A stretch of 31,086 nt of DNA, taken from a virus. Taxonomy: Duplodnaviria > Caudoviricetes. Below are positions 26,237 to 31,086 of the stretch, one piece after another. The stretch is from positions 1 through 31,086 of the IMG/VR virus record IMGVR_UViG_3300017951_000068; one strand, 5' to 3'. Below the pieces are notes generated by a model. It did no database searches. It was given only the letters and a program-made list of their open reading frames with translations, and was not told the DNA's origin. The translations under genes were made by a program, and so were the position numbers. Each line of letters begins with the position of its first letter. The first letter of the stretch is position 1.

Positions 26237-27832
26237 ATGGCGGAAGAAACAAACGGTAGTATACTCAAGTTATTTGGGTTTGAGTTAAAGAGGTCAGGTC
26301 AGAGTCAGAATCGATCAACTGGACCTCAGAAACTTCAATCCCCAGTAGCGCCCACAGATCCAGACGGTGCGGGTTATGTAACCAGTGCTGCGGGTTACTA
26401 TGGGCAGTATATTAATATGGACGGTGATCAAGCAAAAGACAATCACCAATTAATTATGCGATACCGTGGTGTGTCACAACACCCTGAAGTCGATATGGCA
26501 ATCGAAGAGATCGTAAACGAAGCGATCACTTCTTCCGAATTAGAATCGTCTGTTCAGATCTCCCTTGATGAGATCGATGCAAACGATAAGATCAAAGACA
26601 CGATTCGACAGGAATTCGAACGCGTCGTTTCTATGTTAAAGTTTAATGATATCGGTCACGACATATTCCGTGGTTGGTATGTAGATGGACGTTGTGTTCA
26701 TCACCTTCTTGTAAACGAATCAAATCTGAAGGCGGGTATCCAAGAAATCAGACACATTGATGCCGCACGGATTCGTAAGGTTAAGGAAGTAAAATACAAA
26801 AAAGATCCGAAGACTAACGTAAAGATTGTCGACAAGGTAGAGGAGTTCTACATCTTCGATGAGAAACCCGGCCAGTCCAACTCTTCGGTCAAGATTTCTA
26901 CAGATGCGATTAGTTATGTCACATCTGGTGTACTCGATGAGGGTAGGAAAAAGATCCTATCACATCTACACAAGGCACTGAAACCCATCAACCAGTTACG
27001 TATGATGGAAGACAGTCTTGTAATCTATCGCCTTGCACGTGCACCCGAACGTCGTATATTCTACATCGACGTAGGTAACATGCCACGTGGAAAGGCAAAC
27101 GAATACATGAAAGACATCATGGCAAAGTATCGTAACAAACTTGTCTATGATGCATCTACCGGTCAGATCAAAGACGACCGTAAACACATGTCTATGTTGG
27201 AAGACTTCTGGTTGCCACGTAAAGAAGGCGGTCGAGGTACTGAGATCTCAACACTGCCAGGCGGCGACAATCTGGGACAGATCGATGACATAATTTATTT
27301 TCAAAAGAGACTGTATCGATCACTCAATGTCCCAGTAAACCGTTTGGAACAGGAAGCGCAGTTCTCTTTAGGTCGATCCACTGAGATCTCTCGTGATGAG
27401 GTTAAGTTCCAGAAGTTTATCGATAAGTTGCGTCGTCGATTCTCTGGTATGTTTTTGGGTATTCTACGTAAGCAGTTGATCCTGAAAGGTATCATCACAG
27501 AACAGGATTGGGAAGAGTGGAAGGACGACATATACATTGACTATGTGAAGGACAACCACTTTACTGAACTCAAAGAGATGGAGATTCTACGAGAACGTGC
27601 CGGACTTATGAACGAGATGTCTGGTTTTGTGGGAGAGTTCATATCGAAAGAGTGGATGATGAGAAACATTATGCGGTTCTCTGACGAAGACATTGAGAGC
27701 ATTGAGAAAGAAATTAATGGTGAGGTCGCTAGTGGCGAGGTCGAAGATCCAAAACCAAATCAAGGTAAAGAACCACGACCCGAACCTGAACCAGAACAAG
27801 ACGATGAACAACAACCTGAAGGAGATAAATGA
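26237..27832 (+). CDS. gp20: Portal vertex protein
   Basis: HPEVD.AIE.IVNE, WYVDGR, NQLRMMEDSLVIYRLARAPERRIFYIDVGN.P, EDFWLPR.EGGRGTEI.TLPGG. Confidence 0.98.
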   Translation: MAEETNGSILKLFGFELKRSGQSQNRSTGPQKLQSPVAPTDPDGAGYVTSAAGYYGQYINMDGDQAKDNHQLIMRYRGVSQHPEVDMAIEEIVNEAITSSELESSVQISLDEIDANDKIKDTIRQEFERVVSMLKFNDIGHDIFRGWYVDGRCVHHLLVNESNLKAGIQEIRHIDAARIRKVKEVKYKKDPKTNVKIVDKVEEFYIFDEKPGQSNSSVKISTDAISYVTSGVLDEGRKKILSHLHKALKPINQLRMMEDSLVIYRLARAPERRIFYIDVGNMPRGKANEYMKDIMAKYRNKLVYDASTGQIKDDRKHMSMLEDFWLPRKEGGRGTEISTLPGGDNLGQIDDIIYFQKRLYRSLNVPVNRLEQEAQFSLGRSTEISRDEVKFQKFIDKLRRRFSGMFLGILRKQLILKGIITEQDWEEWKDDIYIDYVKDNHFTELKEMEILRERAGLMNEMSGFVGEFISKEWMMRNIMRFSDEDIESIEKEINGEVASGEVEDPKPNQGKEPRPEPEPEQDDEQQPEGDK

Positions 27833-28179
27833 TGTTACCAGACGATGATGTAGTAGTAGGCGAAGTTGAAACCGATGACGTTGCGGATGCCGCACCAGAG
27901 TCACCGAATCCTATCCAAGACTTTCTGAATTCAGTAGAGGGTCAGGACTTTGTCAGTGCAGAGAAACAGTTTAACGACATGGTCGGTGATCGTTTACAGA
28001 ACGCACTAGACCAAGCAAAGGTTAAGATCGCGTCCAGTCTATATGACGACGATGCGGGCGTAGAAGTTGGTCCAGCGGACGATGGTGTCGAACACGAGTT
28101 AGATATCGGAGATGAAGTCACAGTCGACGACATTGACGACTTCGAAGAGATACTCGACGACGATCCAGAAGCTGCTTAA
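27829..28179 (+). CDS. Acidic prohead core protein (gp67-like)
   Basis: Very acidic, A...F...V..R...AL...K..IA helix, located between gp20 and gp21. Confidence 0.65.
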   Translation: MMLPDDDVVVGEVETDDVADAAPESPNPIQDFLNSVEGQDFVSAEKQFNDMVGDRLQNALDQAKVKIASSLYDDDAGVEVGPADDGVEHELDIGDEVTVDDIDDFEEILDDDPEAA

Positions 28180-28191
28180 AAAACTTTTTTT

Positions 28192-28199
28192 TATAAATA
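28192..28199 (+). promoter_or_regulatory. T4-type late promoter TATAAATA
   Basis: Exact consensus, intergenic. Confidence 0.85.
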
Positions 28200-28225
28200 A
28201 AACTACGGCGGAAGAAAGGTTTCAT

Positions 28226-28432
28226 ATGAAAAAGTTCCAACAAATTCGCGAAAAACGGGGTAAAATGCCGCCGGGCGACCACGTTTTTGATAAGAAGGTA
28301 AACCGTCACCAAGTGATGGTTCACAAGAACAAAGGAAAGTTTGACGTGTACATTGACGGCGACAAACTGGATACCTTTAACTCACAAAGGGAAGCGGAAA
28401 AGGCGGGTGTCACATTCGCAAAGGAATTTTAA
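28226..28432 (+). CDS. Small basic protein in the gp68 position (68 aa)
   Basis: ATG at 28226 follows the late promoter and RBS (AAAGGT). MKKFQQIRE start. The 28112 start in the ORF track overlaps the upstream gene. Confidence 0.65.
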   Translation: MKKFQQIREKRGKMPPGDHVFDKKVNRHQVMVHKNKGKFDVYIDGDKLDTFNSQREAEKAGVTFAKEF

Positions 28433-29098
28433 ATGAAACTGATTTCAGAATATAACACACACGATGTCCAGTGCATCGTAGAAAAGAAAGAAGACGGATC
28501 TAAGAATTTCGTCATCGAAGGTGTGTTCGCACAAGCAGAACAGAAGAATCGTAATGGTCGCATTTATCCAAAGGCAATTATGGAGAACGCGGTCAACAGA
28601 TACGTCAAGGAACAGGTAAGTCAAAAACGTGCGGTTGGTGAGTTGAATCACCCCGAAGGACCGACAGTTAACCTTGACAAAGTTTCACATCTCATCACAG
28701 ACCTCAAATTTGAGGGAAATGATGTTATGGGAAAGGCACAAATATTGGATACTCCTATGGGGCAGATTGTAAAAGGTCTTCTAGAAGGTGGTGTTCAACT
28801 AGGTGTGTCAACTCGTGGTATGGGTAGTCTTGAGCAGCGAAACGGTACAATGTATGTACGTGACGATTTCATCCTCAATACAGTCGATATTGTACAAGAT
28901 CCATCTGCGCCTGGCGCGTTTGTAAACGGTGTCATGGAAGGTGTAGAATGGGTTTGGAACAACGGAATAATTGAGGCTCAAGTCATTGAAGAAATGGAGA
29001 CAGAAATTAAAACCGCTCCGAAGAAGCATCTCTATGAGACGCAAGTTCGCGAGTACAAGAATTTCCTCTCGTTGTTAAAAACAAACTTTAAGGAGTAA
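28433..29098 (+). CDS. gp21: Prohead protease
   Basis: MKLISE, IEG.F.Q...KNRNGR.YP, GEL.HP, GVS.RG.GSL, D.V.DPSAP.AFV.G.ME..EW. Confidence 0.97.
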   Translation: MKLISEYNTHDVQCIVEKKEDGSKNFVIEGVFAQAEQKNRNGRIYPKAIMENAVNRYVKEQVSQKRAVGELNHPEGPTVNLDKVSHLITDLKFEGNDVMGKAQILDTPMGQIVKGLLEGGVQLGVSTRGMGSLEQRNGTMYVRDDFILNTVDIVQDPSAPGAFVNGVMEGVEWVWNNGIIEAQVIEEMETEIKTAPKKHLYETQVREYKNFLSLLKTNFKE

Positions 29099-29103
29099 TA
29101 CCT

Positions 29104-30132
29104 ATGGACCAACAGGACCAGAATGTAGAGCTTCCAGAAATTGAGGAAGCTAGTGCTCAGAAAATGCCGGTAGGAGATGAAGAGCAGTCTGTTGCTTCGG
29201 TAGACAAGGCGAGCGATGCCACAGGCACCGCACCAAAGCGTCGTGGAGACCAAGCGAACAAGGACGAACCAGATGGTGCGCCCAAGTCAAAAGCAGGCAT
29301 GATCAACGCAATGGTTAAGAAGATGGACGGTATGTCCATGAAAGATCTCAAGGCCATGTATCACGAAAGTTCAGATGTAGAGATGGACGAAGACGCAGTA
29401 GAACTGCCAGAGTTCAACTACTCAAACGAACTAGATGCACTCGTTGAATCAGAAGCAACTTTGTCAGATGAGTTTAAAGCGAAAACTGCCGTAATTTTTG
29501 AGACTGCAATTAAGTCTAAGTTGTCTGAAGAAGTCAGTCGCTTAGAAGATGAGTATCAATCACGTCTTGAAGAGGAATTGGACGCAACTCGTTCTGACCT
29601 CGTAGAGAAGATCGATTCATACCTGAACTATGTAGTTGAAAATTGGATGGAACAGAACAAGATCGCTGTAGAACAGGGTCTCCGTACAGAAATTGCAGAA
29701 GGGTTTATGACTCGTTTGCGTGACCTGTTCGAAGAGTCTTACGTGACTGTTCCAGAAGCCAAGGTCGACTTAGTTGACGAACTCGCAGACGCAGTTGAGG
29801 AACTCGAAGAGTCACTCAATGCACGTACTGTTGAAGTTCTCGAAATGTCTGAGAAGATCGAGTCATTCCAACGTGAAGCGGTTATCCGCGAAGCGTCACG
29901 TGATCTCGCTGACACTCAGGTAGAAAAACTCGCTTCATTGGTACAGGGTCTCGACTTTGAAGACCAAGATGCATTCGCAGAGAAAGTTAAGACTGTGAAA
30001 GAATCTTACTTCAAGGCAGAAGTTCCTGCATCTACCGATGAGGTAAACGAAGACTGGAGTGCTGACCAGACCGTTGCTACAAGTGGCGCGATGGACATGT
30101 ACCTCAACGCAATCAAAAAAACAAGTAAGTAA
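29104..30132 (+). CDS. gp22: Prohead core scaffold protein
   Basis: LS.EFK.K...IFE.A, DSYLNYVVE.WM..N..A.E.G.R.E..E.F, K..T.KESYF, M..YL.AI. Confidence 0.95.
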   Translation: MDQQDQNVELPEIEEASAQKMPVGDEEQSVASVDKASDATGTAPKRRGDQANKDEPDGAPKSKAGMINAMVKKMDGMSMKDLKAMYHESSDVEMDEDAVELPEFNYSNELDALVESEATLSDEFKAKTAVIFETAIKSKLSEEVSRLEDEYQSRLEEELDATRSDLVEKIDSYLNYVVENWMEQNKIAVEQGLRTEIAEGFMTRLRDLFEESYVTVPEAKVDLVDELADAVEELEESLNARTVEVLEMSEKIESFQREAVIREASRDLADTQVEKLASLVQGLDFEDQDAFAEKVKTVKESYFKAEVPASTDEVNEDWSADQTVATSGAMDMYLNAIKKTSK

Positions 30133-30143
30133 GGAGTATACTC

Positions 30144-31086
30144 ATGCAAGTATCTTACGATAAGTTAGTTGAGAAGTGGTCTCCCATTCTCAACGAAGAA
30201 ACTGCCGGAGAGATCAAGGATTCTCACCGTCGTGCAGTTACTGCTGCGGTTCTTGAAAACCAAGAAATCGCTTTCCGTGAAGACGCGCAAATGCGTGGAA
30301 TCACTGAGGTAGCGGCGAACGCTGCTGCTGATGGTACAATTTCAGGTGGCGGTGCTGCTGACAACTGGAACCCTGTACTGATCGCTCTTGTACGTCGTGC
30401 AATGCCTAACTTGATGGCATATGACGTATGTGGTGTTCAACCAATGACTGGTCCTACTGGTCTCATCTTCGCGATGAAGTCAGTATACAAGACCACTAAA
30501 GCTGGTGTTTCAGTTGGTGACGAAGCACTGTTCAACGAAGCTGCTGTAGGTTTCTCTGGTGACTCTGCTACAACTGGTAACGGTGCTAAGGGTCCATCTG
30601 GTTTGGAAGGTGCTCGTAACCTTTATGACCTTGAATCAGACGGCACAATCGTCGACTCAGGTGCGTCTCACGTACCTTACGCTGGTGATGCATACACTAC
30701 TGCGGAAGCTGAAGCACTTGGTAACACAGGTGAGTCATTCTCAGAGATGGGTTTCACTATCGAAAAGGCGACTGTAACTGCTAAGTCACGTGCACTGAAG
30801 GCAGAGTACACTCTTGAACTCGCCCAAGACCTGAAGGCAATCCACGGTCTTGACGCAGAGACAGAGTTGGCAAACATCCTGTCTACAGAGATCCTCGCAG
30901 AAATCAACCGCGAAGTAATTCGTACAATCAACGCTCAGGCGAAGATCGGTTGTCGTCAAGCGAACGTTACCACTAAAGGTATCTTTGACCTTTCATCGGA
31001 CTCTGACGGTCGTTGGTCTGTAGAGAAGTTCAAGGGTCTGCTTGTTCAGATCGAGCGCGAGTGCAACGTAATCGCAAAAGAAACTC
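30144..31086 (+). CDS. gp23: Major capsid protein (3'-truncated by the window)
   Basis: Translated by hand from ATG 30144 (RBS AAGGAG): MQVSYDKLVEKWSPIL...LENQE...PVLIALVRRAMPNL.AYD.CGVQPMTGPTGLIFAM...EMGFTIEK.TVTAKSRALKAEYTLELAQDLKAIHGLDAE.ELANILSTEILAEINRE. Confidence 0.98.
   Translation, partial: MQVSYDKLVEKWSPILNEETAGEIKDSHRRAVTAAVLENQEIAFREDAQMRGITEVAANAAADGTISGGGAADNWNPVLIALVRRAMPNLMAYDVCGVQPMTGPTGLIFAMKSVYKTTKAGVSVGDEALFNEAAVGFSGDSATTGNGAKGPSGLEGARNLYDLESDGTIVDSGASHVPYAGDAYTTAEAEALGNTGESFSEMGFTIEKATVTAKSRALKAEYTLELAQDLKAIHGLDAETELANILSTEILAEINREVIRTINAQAKIGCRQANVTTKGIFDLSSDSDGRWSVEKFKGLLVQIERECNVIAKET

Noticed and set aside
27740-27832. PEPEPEQ low-complexity portal tail
   Set aside because: Variable acidic/proline-rich C-termini are ordinary in gp20.
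28177-28192. A6-C-T8 tract as a terminator or slippage site
   Set aside because: The stem is AT-only and intergenic, most simply the AT-rich flank of the late promoter.
28112-28225. 5' extension of the 106-aa ORF in the track
   Set aside because: Overlaps the upstream gene and spans the late promoter. The ATG at 28226 has the RBS.
396-30931. Numerous short minus-strand and nested ORFs in the track
   Set aside because: All overlap confident + strand genes and are consistent with antisense or shadow frames produced by codon bias.
22228-31086. Introns, inteins or homing endonucleases in gp17-gp23
   Set aside because: The genes are uninterrupted and of ordinary length, with no intein or endonuclease motifs seen.

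Overview
All real genes are on the + strand. The window is the virion-morphogenesis module of a T4-like (Straboviridae/Kyanoviridae-type, probably marine) myophage. The order is: a partial hypothetical ORF, a GT-A glycosyltransferase, a cupin/2OG-Fe(II) oxygenase-like protein, several fibre/structural genes, neck gp13 and gp14, gp15, a ~10.7 kb block of fibre and tail-tip-like genes ending in a gp7-like/Calx-beta protein, a cupin, then gp16-17-18-19-20-(67)-(68)-21-22 and the start of gp23. gp23 is missing from the ORF track because it runs off the window. T4 late promoters (TATAAATA and variants) punctuate the region. The most unusual signals are: (1) a strong Asp-Ser (DS) dipeptide enrichment confined to externally exposed virion proteins, next to a phage glycosyltransferase, suggesting a phage-encoded virion modification (glycosylation) system; (2) a window-wide sequence rule in which every CCNGG I found is CCNGGC or GCCNGG (31 of 33 Pro-Gly pairs use the otherwise minor GGC codon); (3) two phycobiliprotein-like KCxRD repeats inserted in a fibre protein; (4) a blue-copper site at a fibre C-terminus; (5) a siphophage TipJ-like tail-tip cassette inside a myophage. 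All counts are by eye and no searches were run.
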